DNA of 64,000 nt from Nanoarchaeota archaeon SCGC AAA011-D5 (GTDB lineage Archaea > Nanobdellota > Nanobdellia > Pacearchaeales > GW2011-AR1), in NCBI GenBank assembly GCA_000405225.1, contig ASMP01000001.1:892-64891 (forward strand). The letters are read 5' to 3'. Below, in pieces: positions 1 through 9,367 of this stretch. The position numbers and the translations under genes are program-made. The notes beneath the pieces are model-generated. The model saw only the letters and a program-made list of their open reading frames with translations, was not told where the DNA came from and searched no databases. Each line of letters starts with the position of its first letter. Within the stretch, counting starts at the first letter, position 1.

Positions 1-114
1 ATTTCAACACTCCTGAATTTATAATAGAAGACTTAAGAGAAGCCAACCCAGATGAAATCATAAGCGAGCTAGAAAAACAATAATATTTTTAAAGTCTTTA
101 TCTATTATTATAAA

Positions 115-304
115 ATGGGTCGCGGTACGGGATTAGTCTTACTGTTGTTGGGTGCATTATTATTTTATTTCGGTGCTCCTATAGGAAATGTTACCACTAT
201 TCCTTTGGGTGATTATCAGGTAATAGGGGGGGGTTATAATTCCCATAGTTTTAGTACTAATTGGTTTATACATGCTATTTAGAAAACACAGAGGATATTT
301 ATAA
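115..304 (+). pseudogene. small two-TM membrane protein with reading frame broken at a G8 homopolymer (226-233)
   Basis: ATG 115 opens MGRGTGLVLLLLGALLFYFGAP...; as written the frame runs into TAG 280-282 (...GGGYNSHSFSTNWFIHAI). Deleting one G gives ...VIGGVIIPIVLVLIGLYMLFRKHRGYL* (stop 302-304), a second TM helix plus basic tail that mirrors the neighbouring ORF 425..658. Confidence 0.4.
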
Positions 305-424
305 TTACAGTCATGTTATACATCTTAAAAAAATATAAATTTAATTCTTCTGCAAGATATATCTGGAAGCCGAATCTTAGGAAAATAGAGAAATATTTTT
401 AAAGGAGTTCTCTCTGATTATGAG

Positions 425-658
425 ATGGGAAAAGTTTTTGGGTTTGTTCTTTTGATTATTGGTTTACTTTTGTTATATACACAATTTGGCCCCGGGGGAC
501 AGGAGTTGCCTGGAAGATTAGGGTTACCTGAGGGACTAGGATTACCTGAAAACTTAAATACGAGCAGTACAAATTATATAGCTATTATTGGAGGTATTTT
601 TTCTGTAGTCGGTTTATTCATGTTAATATTTTCCAGACCAAAACAACCACGCTACTAA
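425..658 (+). CDS. small membrane protein (two predicted TM helices)
   Basis: 77-aa ORF with hydrophobic helices FGFVLLIIGLLLLY and IAIIGGIFSVVGLFMLIF; same layout as the frameshifted ORF at 115. Confidence 0.5.
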   Translation: MGKVFGFVLLIIGLLLLYTQFGPGGQELPGRLGLPEGLGLPENLNTSSTNYIAIIGGIFSVVGLFMLIFSRPKQPRY

Positions 659-751
659 TTGCCTTGCTATTCTCTGCTTACTTACTGTTATTTTTTAAAT
701 ATACATCTGAAGTCAAATAATCTTTATAAACATCTTCCATATTGAAGATTT

Positions 752-1774
752 ATGGCTGCAAAATCCGATGCAAAGGAGATAAAGGAAGCTGTTTCTGATG
801 AAAACGAGCAAGAGAAAAAAGAGCCCAAACTGACTGACCTGCCTGGAGTTGGCCCTGCTGTTGCTGCAAAGCTGGAAAGTGCAGGAATTTATGACTTAAT
901 GTCAATTGCAGTAATTACTCCTTCTGATTTGGCTGAAGTCGCAGGAGTAAGTCCGGCTGTTGCAAGGAAAGTAATTCAGGCAGCGAGAAAAATGCTCGAC
1001 CTTGGGTTTGTCGATGGAACAGAGTATGCAAAGAAGAGGGAGAGCATACATTACATTACTACAGGAAGCAAAAACTTTGATGCGCTTTTGGGCGGAAGAG
1101 GAGTTGAAAGTAGGTCGATAACAGAGGCTTTCGGAGCATATGGTTCTGGAAAAACCCAAGTTGGTTTGACATTGGCTGTGAATGTCCAGCTGCCTATAGA
1201 ACAGGGAGGGGCTAACGGAAAATGTGTGTTCATAGACACAGAAGGAACCTTCAGACCTTCTAGAATAAAACAAATAGCTGAAAAATTAGGAGCAAGTCCA
1301 GAGAAGGTTCTGAAAAACATTTTTGTGGCCCGTGCCTTCAATTCAGACCACCAGATTCTTCTTCTGGATAAAATCTCAGAGATGATAAAAGAAGGAGAGC
1401 CTATAAAATTAATGATTATTGATTCCCTGACAGCCCATTTCAGGGCAGAATTCACAGGACGCGGTCAGTTGGCAGACAGGCAGCAAAAATTAAATCGTTA
1501 TATACATCAGCTGATGAAGCTCGCAGAAACATATAATCTTGCGGTTTATGTCACAAACCAGGTAATGGCAAATCCCGCACAGATGTTTGGAGACCCAACG
1601 ACAGCCATAGGAGGGCATATCGTGGGACACGCCTCAACTTACAGGCTTTATCTAAGAAGGGGAAAAGGGGGAAGCAGGGTCGCAAAACTCATAGACAGCC
1701 CAAATTTGCCCGATAATGAAACAATTTTCTTTGTTTCTGAAGCAGGGGTTGTTGATGGAAAAGAAGAGGAATGA
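752..1774 (+). CDS. radA: DNA repair and recombination protein RadA
   Basis: N-terminal helix-hairpin-helix LTDLPGVGPAVAAKLESAGI, Walker A GAYGSGKTQ, Walker B LMIIDS; 340 aa, collinear with archaeal RadA/Rad51. Confidence 0.95.
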   Translation: MAAKSDAKEIKEAVSDENEQEKKEPKLTDLPGVGPAVAAKLESAGIYDLMSIAVITPSDLAEVAGVSPAVARKVIQAARKMLDLGFVDGTEYAKKRESIHYITTGSKNFDALLGGRGVESRSITEAFGAYGSGKTQVGLTLAVNVQLPIEQGGANGKCVFIDTEGTFRPSRIKQIAEKLGASPEKVLKNIFVARAFNSDHQILLLDKISEMIKEGEPIKLMIIDSLTAHFRAEFTGRGQLADRQQKLNRYIHQLMKLAETYNLAVYVTNQVMANPAQMFGDPTTAIGGHIVGHASTYRLYLRRGKGGSRVAKLIDSPNLPDNETIFFVSEAGVVDGKEEE

Positions 1775-1802
1775 GAATTAGATATCTTGCGAAAGATAAA
1801 TC

Positions 1803-2183
1803 TTAAGTCGAAAGATTCTGGCCGTGTTCATATTCTTCAGGCTTCACACGACTTTCTATCATCCTATATATGTTTACTGCACAATTGATCAATAGAGGAG
1901 ATACTGCAAGCACGTAATCTACAGTAGTATTTGTTCCTCCCATATTTGGCTTTGAATTTGTTGCCATGAGAATTGCACCACCAAGCAGACTAGAAAATGC
2001 CGCAGATATCACTAAATCATCAATGCTAGGAAAGAGTTTTTTATTACTTTTACTTTCTACTTTATCTATGGCATAAGGAGTCGCAAAAAAAAGTTGAACC
2101 AGTGTTTTACAACTTTCATAACTAATCTTGGCAATATCTTTTCTGTTATCAAATATAATTTTTCCTAAACTTTCTTTTTTCAT
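1803..2183 (-). CDS. hypothetical membrane-associated protein
   Basis: 126-aa ORF filling the gap between radA and tRNA-Arg; hydrophobic central segment (AAFSSLLGGAILMA); no recognisable motif. Confidence 0.35.
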   Translation of the reverse strand: MKKESLGKIIFDNRKDIAKISYESCKTLVQLFFATPYAIDKVESKSNKKLFPSIDDLVISAAFSSLLGGAILMATNSKPNMGGTNTTVDYVLAVSPLLINCAVNIYRMIESRVKPEEYEHGQNLST

Positions 2184-2270
2184 AATTATAGATTATAATA
2201 TGTTCCTTTTAAATCTTTATATTTAGTGTAACTTTTAAGTAACATCATGCCCCCACGAGGAATTGAATTA

Positions 2271-2342
2271 TAGGCGAGTAGGGATTCGAACCCTAACTAA
2301 GACCTCCGCAAGGTCTTATGCTATCCATTACATTACTCGCCC
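2271..2342 (-). tRNA. tRNA-Arg (anticodon GCG)
   Basis: Hand-folded cloverleaf: acceptor GGGCGAG/CTCGCCT, D-loop AATGGATA, anticodon stem AGACC/GGTCT with loop TTGCGGA, T-arm TAGGG-TTCGAAT-CCCTA, discriminator A. Confidence 0.85.
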
Positions 2343-2535
2343 ATCGCTTCTTGTAATTTCTTGATATTTTTAGGGTTATTTGAATTTATCTCTTTTATCC
2401 ACTTCTGTCCATTGAACGATAGGGGCTAAGAGTTAATTCTCCTATTAAGAATATAAACTTTATCATCGGTTCTTAATAAAACATTTATAAACCCCAAATT
2501 TCTAATATTAAAAAGAAAATTCGCAACGAGAAAGA

Positions 2536-2543
2536 TTTATAAA
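2536..2543 (+). promoter_or_regulatory. TATA-box-like element TTTATAAA upstream of surface-protein gene 2589
   Basis: Exact TTTATAAA 46 nt upstream of ATG 2589 in an intergenic region; the same octamer recurs upstream of other genes in the window. Confidence 0.3.
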
Positions 2544-2588
2544 CGTTGTGGAATTAAATTATATTATTCAAAAAAGGGTCGAAAAGAG

Positions 2589-4184
2589 ATGAGAAATAAA
2601 TTTTCACGAGTGTTTTTGCTTGGAATTTTCGTTTTAGTTGCATTATTTGCTTCAATGAATTTTGCTAGTGCTGAAACATTGGCTTTTTTTGTTAATACTC
2701 CAGCAACAAATAGCGTAAACATTACGGGCACTTATACAGTTAATGTTAGTGTAACTGCATTTACTACAGTAAATGTTACTATTAGATGGTGGAATGGAAC
2801 ATCCGGGACATTTGTAATATTAGGTGCTAATAGCTCTAACGCTACTTTGAACAGTAATTTGTCATACGCATTTTCAATAGATACTACAGCATTAAATGCA
2901 AACGTTTCTTCTTCTATATTTAATATAACCTCGTCAGAAACAGGAGGAGTTGCAGCTAACTCAACAAACATTACAGGAATTGTAATTGATAACACCGCCC
3001 CAACAATTTTCTTGATAGGTTATGTCAATGGAACAATAAGGAATAATACAAACGTTACAATAAATATCTCGGTTGTTGATATAAACATTACCCGACAAAC
3101 TGTTTGCATAGTTAATGTTAATGGAACCAACCAAACTCTTCCAGTAACTGTCGTAAACGTTACTTATGGTACATGCAATACAACTACTTTATCTTTGGCA
3201 AATCGAATAGATGGTAACCATACACTTAATATATATGCTGGTAGAAACTCAACATATTGGAGTGCAAATCTTACAGGAGTATTGGCTACTTCTACCGTCT
3301 TCGTAGACTCTGTTGCTCCTACAGTTGAATTAAGTGCGACAACAATCCAAAAAAGTGATATAACCCTGGCAATAACTGCTACAGATGGAACAGGAACAGG
3401 AATTTCTTCATGCACGGCCGATAGGTCAGGAGCAACTGTTTCTGGAATAACAAGCGTCTCAGAATCCGGACTGGCCTGTGCAACTAGCTATACTTATGTT
3501 ATTACATGCTCTGACAAAAATGGGCATGCCGGTTCTGCAACAAAAACAGTGGCTACAAATACCTGTGGTGGAGCAGCTGGTGGCGGTGGAGGGGGCGGAG
3601 CATCAAAACCAAACATAAACTCGGTAGATGAAATAAAACCAGGGGCTGCTTCTGTAGTAAGATATACCGATCCTTTATTGGGTGTCAAGCAAATAGGAAT
3701 AGAAGTTAACAACGCTGCGCAAAACGTTAAAATCACTGTTACAAAATATGACGGAAAGCCAGCAGCAGTTTCTGTTGCAAAAACGGGAAAAGTCTACCAA
3801 TACCTTCAGATAGACGCGCAGAACCTTGGAACTAAACTTGACAAAGCAAGCGTATTGTTCAAGGTTGAAAAATCATGGGTATCCGGTAACGGACTTGATA
3901 AGAATAAAGTTTCGGTTTACAAATTCGATGAAAGCTCAGGCAAATGGAACGAACTCCAGACAACGTTTTCATCAGAAGATGATACTTATTACTATTATGA
4001 CGCAGAGGTCAGCTCATTCAGTTATTTTGTAATTTCAGAAAAAACTCTTGCTGGCGGCGAAGGAACTGATTCTACCGGACAAGCACCATCAGCTGCTAAA
4101 GGAACAAGCCTGACATGGCTGTGGGTTTTGATAGCTTTGGTGATTATCCTGGCTATTTGGTTGATGATGAAAAAGAAGCAGTGA
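2589..4184 (+). CDS. secreted, C-terminally anchored surface glycoprotein (Ig-like modules + PGF-pre-PGF-like domain)
   Basis: Sec-type signal (LFASMNFASA/ET), dozens of N-x-S/T sequons, and an IDNTAPT...NGTNQT...IYAG module related to modules in the 1,820-aa protein. Also a Gly run (GGAAGGGGGGGA), a C-terminal beta domain (...VLFKVEKSWV...VSVYKFDESSGKWNEL...FSYFVISEK) resembling archaeal PGF-pre-PGF domains, and a terminal TM helix + KKKQ. Confidence 0.7.
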   Translation: MRNKFSRVFLLGIFVLVALFASMNFASAETLAFFVNTPATNSVNITGTYTVNVSVTAFTTVNVTIRWWNGTSGTFVILGANSSNATLNSNLSYAFSIDTTALNANVSSSIFNITSSETGGVAANSTNITGIVIDNTAPTIFLIGYVNGTIRNNTNVTINISVVDINITRQTVCIVNVNGTNQTLPVTVVNVTYGTCNTTTLSLANRIDGNHTLNIYAGRNSTYWSANLTGVLATSTVFVDSVAPTVELSATTIQKSDITLAITATDGTGTGISSCTADRSGATVSGITSVSESGLACATSYTYVITCSDKNGHAGSATKTVATNTCGGAAGGGGGGGASKPNINSVDEIKPGAASVVRYTDPLLGVKQIGIEVNNAAQNVKITVTKYDGKPAAVSVAKTGKVYQYLQIDAQNLGTKLDKASVLFKVEKSWVSGNGLDKNKVSVYKFDESSGKWNELQTTFSSEDDTYYYYDAEVSSFSYFVISEKTLAGGEGTDSTGQAPSAAKGTSLTWLWVLIALVIILAIWLMMKKKQ

Positions 4185-4350
4185 CAAGGATTCTGGTAAT
4201 ATAACTAGCTGAGATAAAATAAGAATTACTGGTACTGGATGTGGTATATAACAGGGTATACAAACTGGTATCTAATCCATAAGAGTGCAATAATTTCTTC
4301 TTTAAAATTAACCAAATACTTAAAAACTTCTGCATATTTTTCCAGGAATA

Positions 4351-5574
4351 ATGGAAATTATCGCAGATTTACAGATACATTCCAAATATGCAAGGGCAAC
4401 CAGCAAAAACATTTCTATAGAAAATCTTGAGAGATATGCAAGAATCAAAGGGCTTCAGTTGTTGGGTGTAGGAGATTTTCAGCATCCTCTCAGAAGGAAG
4501 GAGATAGACGAAAAACTAACAGAGGATGAACATGGGATTTTGAGAACAGCTTCCAGATTTCCCTTTTTATGGCAGACAGAGGTAAGCCTCATGTACAGCC
4601 AGGAAGGAAAAAGAAGAGCTGTTCATCTCTTAATTTTTGCCCCAAATAAGGAGATTGCAGACCAGATAACTAAATTTTTAGGAAGCAGAGGAAGGCTGGA
4701 TTATGACGGCAGGCCTATTTTTGGAATGAGCTCTCCCGAACTCGTTGAGGCTCTGAAAAAAATCAGCGATAAAATAGAAATAATTCCAGCTCATTGCATG
4801 ACTCCTTTTTTCGGTTTGTTTGGAAGCAAGTCGGGTTTTAATTCACTTAAGGAATGCTTCCAGGAGCAAACCAAGAACATTTATGCTGTTGAATCAGGAA
4901 TGAGTGCAGACCCTTCCATGTTATGGAGATTCAAGGAAGTTTCAGAAGGAGTCAATATAGTAAGCTTTTCAGATGCGCACAGTTTCTGGCCTTGGCGTCT
5001 TGGAAGAGAAGCAACGGTTTTTGAAATCCCAGAGCTTTCTTATGATAATGTAATCAAAGCGATAAGGACAGGCCAAGGATTGAAAGCTACGATAGAAACG
5101 CCCCCTGAATATGGAAAGTATCACTGGGACGGGCATCGTCTTTGCGGATTTTCTTGTGGCCCTGAAGAAACCAAGAAACTTAAAGGCATATGCCCGGTCT
5201 GCAAAAAACCATTGACGATAGGAGTTGATAACAGGGTTGAAGAAATAGCTGTTTTTCCCAAAGGGCACAAACCAAAAAACGCGAAACCGTTTTACAGGAT
5301 ATTGCCCCTGCATGAGGTGGTTGCCCTTGCAGTTAATAGCAACCTGGAAGGGAAACAAACCTGGGAAACATATAACGAACTGATAAAAAATTTTGGCAAC
5401 GAGTTGCAGGTTCTTTTACATTCCTCTAAGGAAATGCTTCTAGGAAAAGGATTTGATGCAAAACTCGTGGAACTAATTCTAAAAAATCGCGAAGAGAAAA
5501 TAAAAATTGCTCCAGGCTATGACGGAGAATATGGAAAAGCCCTGCTTGCAGAAAAACAGAAAACTTTGCCCTGA
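4351..5574 (+). CDS. endQ: endonuclease Q (PHP-domain, deaminated-base DNA repair endonuclease)
   Basis: ADLQIHSKYARATS start motif, VGDF, RAVHLLIFAP, DGRPIFG, PAHCMTPFFG, SDAHSFWPWRLGRE, GKYHWDGH, zinc motif CPVCKKPLTIGV, ILPLHEVVA, PGYDGEYG: collinear with Pyrococcus EndoQ as I recall it. Confidence 0.8.
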   Translation: MEIIADLQIHSKYARATSKNISIENLERYARIKGLQLLGVGDFQHPLRRKEIDEKLTEDEHGILRTASRFPFLWQTEVSLMYSQEGKRRAVHLLIFAPNKEIADQITKFLGSRGRLDYDGRPIFGMSSPELVEALKKISDKIEIIPAHCMTPFFGLFGSKSGFNSLKECFQEQTKNIYAVESGMSADPSMLWRFKEVSEGVNIVSFSDAHSFWPWRLGREATVFEIPELSYDNVIKAIRTGQGLKATIETPPEYGKYHWDGHRLCGFSCGPEETKKLKGICPVCKKPLTIGVDNRVEEIAVFPKGHKPKNAKPFYRILPLHEVVALAVNSNLEGKQTWETYNELIKNFGNELQVLLHSSKEMLLGKGFDAKLVELILKNREEKIKIAPGYDGEYGKALLAEKQKTLP

Positions 5575-5604
5575 GTTTTATGATAAAACTGAATTTTCCA
5601 AAAT

Positions 5605-5730
5605 TTAGTCCACATCACTCTTTCTTCTGATAAATTTGTAATGAGCATCAGAGGCTTTGTTTTCGCATCTGGGACAGACTTCTTTTAATGTATACACTTT
5701 GCAGGATTTGCACTTTTTCAGCTTAGACAT
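5605..5730 (-). CDS. nop10: H/ACA RNP protein Nop10
   Basis: 41-aa ORF below the ORF-track cutoff: MSKLKKCKSCKVYTLKEVCPRCENKASDAHYKFIRRKSDVD; CxxC...CPxC zinc ribbon with YTL motif followed by AH-aromatic-K/R-F, as in archaeal Nop10. Confidence 0.7.
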   Translation of the reverse strand: MSKLKKCKSCKVYTLKEVCPRCENKASDAHYKFIRRKSDVD

Positions 5731-5740
5731 TTTAATATTT

Positions 5741-6169
5741 TTAATCCAAAGTAAGCCCTTCAAGATATTCCTGTAGTTTTGGATGAAACGACGTCGTGAA
5801 ATACTTTTTAAGCTCTTTTGGAGAAACCCATTTTACTTCGGAAAAATCCTCGTTTGCGTTTTCTTTTCCTCCAACAATCCCGCATAAGAAGTAAATAGCC
5901 AATAAATCTCTTTTTTCAGGATAAGTTTTTGCAAAGATAACACCCATACTCTCCACATCAATGTTTGTTTCTTCTTTTACCTCCCTCTTTATTGCCTCTT
6001 CCAACTCTTCTCCGTGCTCTGGCCGTCCGCCGGGAAAAGCCCAACTTAATCCATTTATGTCTTTATTATCTTTTCTCTTTCCGATTAATATTTTTTTCGT
6101 TTTCGTATCAAAAATTATTCCAAGTACTATAGGATAATAAACACCCTTTTGGGGAGTCATACCTTTCAT
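5741..6169 (-). CDS. NUDIX hydrolase
   Basis: Nudix box GGRPEHGEELEEAIKREVKEETNI (GX5EX7REUXEEXGU). Confidence 0.85.
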   Translation of the reverse strand: MKGMTPQKGVYYPIVLGIIFDTKTKKILIGKRKDNKDINGLSWAFPGGRPEHGEELEEAIKREVKEETNIDVESMGVIFAKTYPEKRDLLAIYFLCGIVGGKENANEDFSEVKWVSPKELKKYFTTSFHPKLQEYLEGLTLD

Positions 6170-6246
6170 AATCTTTCATAAAAAACTGTATTTTTAAGTT
6201 TTGTGATTCATTTCTTCATTACTAAGATACTTTAGAATAAACTTTT

Positions 6247-6951
6247 TTACTTCTTTACAATACTAAAATCTAAATTGCTCATCTTTGCCCTTTTTTCAAT
6301 TACCTCAATTATTTCGTTCAGCTTTTGGTCAGCCTCTTTTATATTTTCATCCTCTCTCTTCAAAGAATACTTCCCGGCAGATATGTATCTTATTTCTGCA
6401 CCCTCTATATTTCCCAATATTTCCTTTATTTTCTTAATACCATCAGAATCCATGCTTTTCAGGACCACCTCTTTTTTTATGACAGCTCTTTTTTGTTTTT
6501 GGGCTTTAAGAATTTCAAAAACCTTCTTGGAATCCTGTTTTCCCATCAGTTCTTCAAGCTCTCTTGGATTATTTTTTATTTTTTCCAAAAAACCCTGAAT
6601 TCCTCCTCTTTTAGAAATATCTTCGAGGACATTTTCTGCCTTTTCTTTTAAAATAGTTCTTAGAATATTAATGAGACTTCTCTCCTCCTTATACCTCTCC
6701 TTTAGCTCTTTTTGTTCTTTTAACGTGACCCTTCTGAAGGAAAGGTCTACCCTGTCTGCGGATATTCTGAGGACTTTACACACTATCTTTTTTTTAGGAA
6801 ATACATAGTCTCTTATGTTTCTTATCCTTCCGGGAGCAATTTCAGAAAAAACGATAGACCCCTCTCCATTACCCTCTATATTTACAAATACTGTTGTTCC
6901 GACAATACGATCAACAGTGCAAAGTATTACGTCTCCTGTCTCTAAGTTCAT
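6247..6951 (-). CDS. translation initiation factor aIF2 alpha subunit (short form)
   Basis: N-terminal S1 fold (GDVILCTVDRIVGTTVFVNIEG..GSIVFSEIAPGRIRNIRDYVFPKKKIVCKVLRISADRVDLSFRRVT), helical middle domain, C-terminal alpha-beta domain (AEIRYISAGKYSLK...ADQKL). Confidence 0.7.
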   Translation of the reverse strand: MNLETGDVILCTVDRIVGTTVFVNIEGNGEGSIVFSEIAPGRIRNIRDYVFPKKKIVCKVLRISADRVDLSFRRVTLKEQKELKERYKEERSLINILRTILKEKAENVLEDISKRGGIQGFLEKIKNNPRELEELMGKQDSKKVFEILKAQKQKRAVIKKEVVLKSMDSDGIKKIKEILGNIEGAEIRYISAGKYSLKREDENIKEADQKLNEIIEVIEKRAKMSNLDFSIVKK

Positions 6952-6983
6952 AAAAATAGGAAGAAGAAAAAGGGTTTTAAAGG

Positions 6984-7541
6984 TTACCTTTTAGCTATTC
7001 TAAATAGTATAATCCCTATAATTACCAATCCACCACCTAAAAAAATTTGTCCATTTGAATAAATATTTGTAGAGATAATCGCACCAGTTATCAGTATCTT
7101 TTGAAATATCAAAAACGCCCCCAAAATTATTAATATTGATGCTGCTATTTTTTCTAGCCCCCCTTCTTTTCTTTCATTATCTACATCATCTTGTTTAGAA
7201 TATCTTTCTAGTCCGCCAGATTTTCCCTTTCTTATACCTCTAATGATCTTAAGACCTTTCCCCGTCATAAGATAACCACGAAAATTACCAAAACCCCCTT
7301 TATCTTCCATTAGATAACCTCTTCTCACTAAATCATAAAAATTTTCAGTAAAATAATCTTTGTCTTTTTCACCTTTAATACCTAAGTTTTCAATGAGATC
7401 TGCTTCTCCCCACCTCGTTTGAATTAGGCTCTTACCCCTGAATATACTTTCTGGAAAAGGATATTTATAAGCTGGGAATTTGCTAGTATAAAATCTGTTA
7501 AGAATTCTCTCCTGCATAGGTGTTATTTTTCCCTTACCCAT
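6984..7541 (-). CDS. hypothetical protein with soluble N-terminal domain and two C-terminal TM helices
   Basis: 185-aa ORF; C-terminal AASILIILGAFLIF and GGGLVIIGIILF helices; no recognisable family. Confidence 0.4.
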   Translation of the reverse strand: MGKGKITPMQERILNRFYTSKFPAYKYPFPESIFRGKSLIQTRWGEADLIENLGIKGEKDKDYFTENFYDLVRRGYLMEDKGGFGNFRGYLMTGKGLKIIRGIRKGKSGGLERYSKQDDVDNERKEGGLEKIAASILIILGAFLIFQKILITGAIISTNIYSNGQIFLGGGLVIIGIILFRIAKR

Positions 7542-7581
7542 TCTTTTATTACAAGAATCCCTTTTTTATATTTTTTTAGAG

Positions 7582-8919
7582 TCAAATCTTCACCAGCTCT
7601 ATCTCGCAACTCTTTCTTAAAGCCTCTATAAAGTGGTCTTCTTTATCCTGGCTGATGACACAGCCGGCTGCAAACTCATGACCTCCGACTTCCCCTCCAA
7701 TTTCACTTACTATTGAATCAAGAATTTCACGGACGTTTCTTCCCTTTCTACCAACATTTCTGGAAGAAATTTTTATCTTATCCTCATAGTAAGCCATTGT
7801 TGTTATTATCGTCCCTTCTTCATACAAGGAAGAATTTGAAAGTATGCTTGCAATTGTTCCTACTATGGTGTCTTTTATTCTGTCCCTGGCGTTTATTATC
7901 AAAAATCCCTTTCCATGTATCTTTTCCGAATTTCTTACAAATTCAAGGCCAGATATCAGGTGCTGTTTGTACTTCACATGAATTGCCTCTGCCTTTTTTC
8001 TTGCCCCAGGAACTTCTATGCAAAATTGGAGTGCTATCTCCGGCTCGTCAAGTCTTGAACAGGCATTCACCCTTGCGCTGAGCTCTCTGGCATCCTCCAG
8101 CTTATTAAAAAATTTAAGAAGAAAAATGTTTCCGACTATAGCTTTATTATTTGTATTAGGGGTTCTCAACATTATTGCAGTCACAAGTTTTTCCATTTCC
8201 TCTTTATTTAATTCTATGATGCTTTTGTATTTTCCATTTAAGGGATTCATGCCAGCTTCCCTTAATAGTTCTGTGACTCCGGCAGGGTTTCCGGTAACTC
8301 CCAGGATATAAGGATCGGAGTTGTACTCAAGTACTTTGTTTACAGGCCTTGTTGAAGGGTAAATCAGGAGGCCGCGCTTCCTTTTTATTTCATAATCTTC
8401 GAGAATCGCCTTATCGAGTTGATCTATATTTTCCTCCATTAAATCCCCAATCATTCCAAGAACAGCAAGCTTTGCAAGTTTTTTGTTTTCAGCATTAATT
8501 TCTTTGCAAAACAGGTAAGTAAGACCAGAACTGCTTATTTTTTCCTTATCATGCATCATAGGATTCACAATCATCACATTTTTCGGTATTTGCTGGATAA
8601 TTTCATGGTGGTCTATGATAAAAACTTCTTTAAGACCAGATTCTCCTATATGGCTCAACATTCCTGAGGCAAGGTCCAAAAAAACCACGGGCTTGTTTTT
8701 TTCAAGCTTGTCTATAAAATCTTTGTTCAATACTTTTAATATCTTCACGGAAAATTTTCTGTCCATTCTTTTAAGTGCCTGAATCATTATTGCAGCAGAG
8801 CAAATTCCGTCAGTGTCAAAATGACTGACAACCAAAATTTCCTGCTCCCCTAAAATTTCTAAGAATTTCTTAACTGCATCTTTCATGCTTTCATTAAAAG
8901 AAAACCCCTCTTTTTTCAT
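7582..8919 (-). CDS. DHH/DHHA1 family phosphoesterase (RecJ-like)
   Basis: DHH motifs VVSHFDTDGICS, DLASG, IIDHHE and DHHA1 motif GGHEFAAG. Confidence 0.8.
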   Translation of the reverse strand: MKKEGFSFNESMKDAVKKFLEILGEQEILVVSHFDTDGICSAAIMIQALKRMDRKFSVKILKVLNKDFIDKLEKNKPVVFLDLASGMLSHIGESGLKEVFIIDHHEIIQQIPKNVMIVNPMMHDKEKISSSGLTYLFCKEINAENKKLAKLAVLGMIGDLMEENIDQLDKAILEDYEIKRKRGLLIYPSTRPVNKVLEYNSDPYILGVTGNPAGVTELLREAGMNPLNGKYKSIIELNKEEMEKLVTAIMLRTPNTNNKAIVGNIFLLKFFNKLEDARELSARVNACSRLDEPEIALQFCIEVPGARKKAEAIHVKYKQHLISGLEFVRNSEKIHGKGFLIINARDRIKDTIVGTIASILSNSSLYEEGTIITTMAYYEDKIKISSRNVGRKGRNVREILDSIVSEIGGEVGGHEFAAGCVISQDKEDHFIEALRKSCEIELVKI

Positions 8920-8937
8920 TTCCTAAAACCTTGAATA

Positions 8938-9279
8938 TTAAGTTATATTATGATATTTTTTCTGTCTTTTTAAAAGAGAGAATATTCTCCCATACTCTCT
9001 CATCGCCCTTTTGTCCTGAATATGCTTTTCTTTATGTGCAGTCACCCTGTCCAGCTTTTCCTTTATATTTTTTATTTCAGGAGGATGGTAAAGACCTTTT
9101 TCCTTTAGAATTCTTGATATTTTTCCATGTTCTTTTGGGTGAATGCCTTGCTGCCTTAATGATTCCCCTATCTTTTCAGAAGTCATCCCCTTTTCAGCTA
9201 GTTTTATTACCTGTGCTTCAAATTCATTCACAGATATTTTTTGTGCTTTTGATTTTTTTTCTGTTTTTTCATCCGGCAT
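8938..9279 (-). CDS. rps15: 30S ribosomal protein uS15 (S15P/S13e)
   Basis: LAEKGMTSEKIGESLRQQGI...ILKEKGL...PEIKNIKEKLDRVTAHKEKHIQDKRAMR pattern typical of archaeal S15P; 113 aa. Confidence 0.85.
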   Translation of the reverse strand: MPDEKTEKKSKAQKISVNEFEAQVIKLAEKGMTSEKIGESLRQQGIHPKEHGKISRILKEKGLYHPPEIKNIKEKLDRVTAHKEKHIQDKRAMREYGRIFSLLKRQKKYHNIT

Positions 9280-9367
9280 CTCATTAGATAAGAAAGTTCG
9301 TTTTTAAAGTTTTTCGTGCATTGCAGAGTAAAAAGAATAAAGATAAAAAAATAAAACTTTTTTAAAT

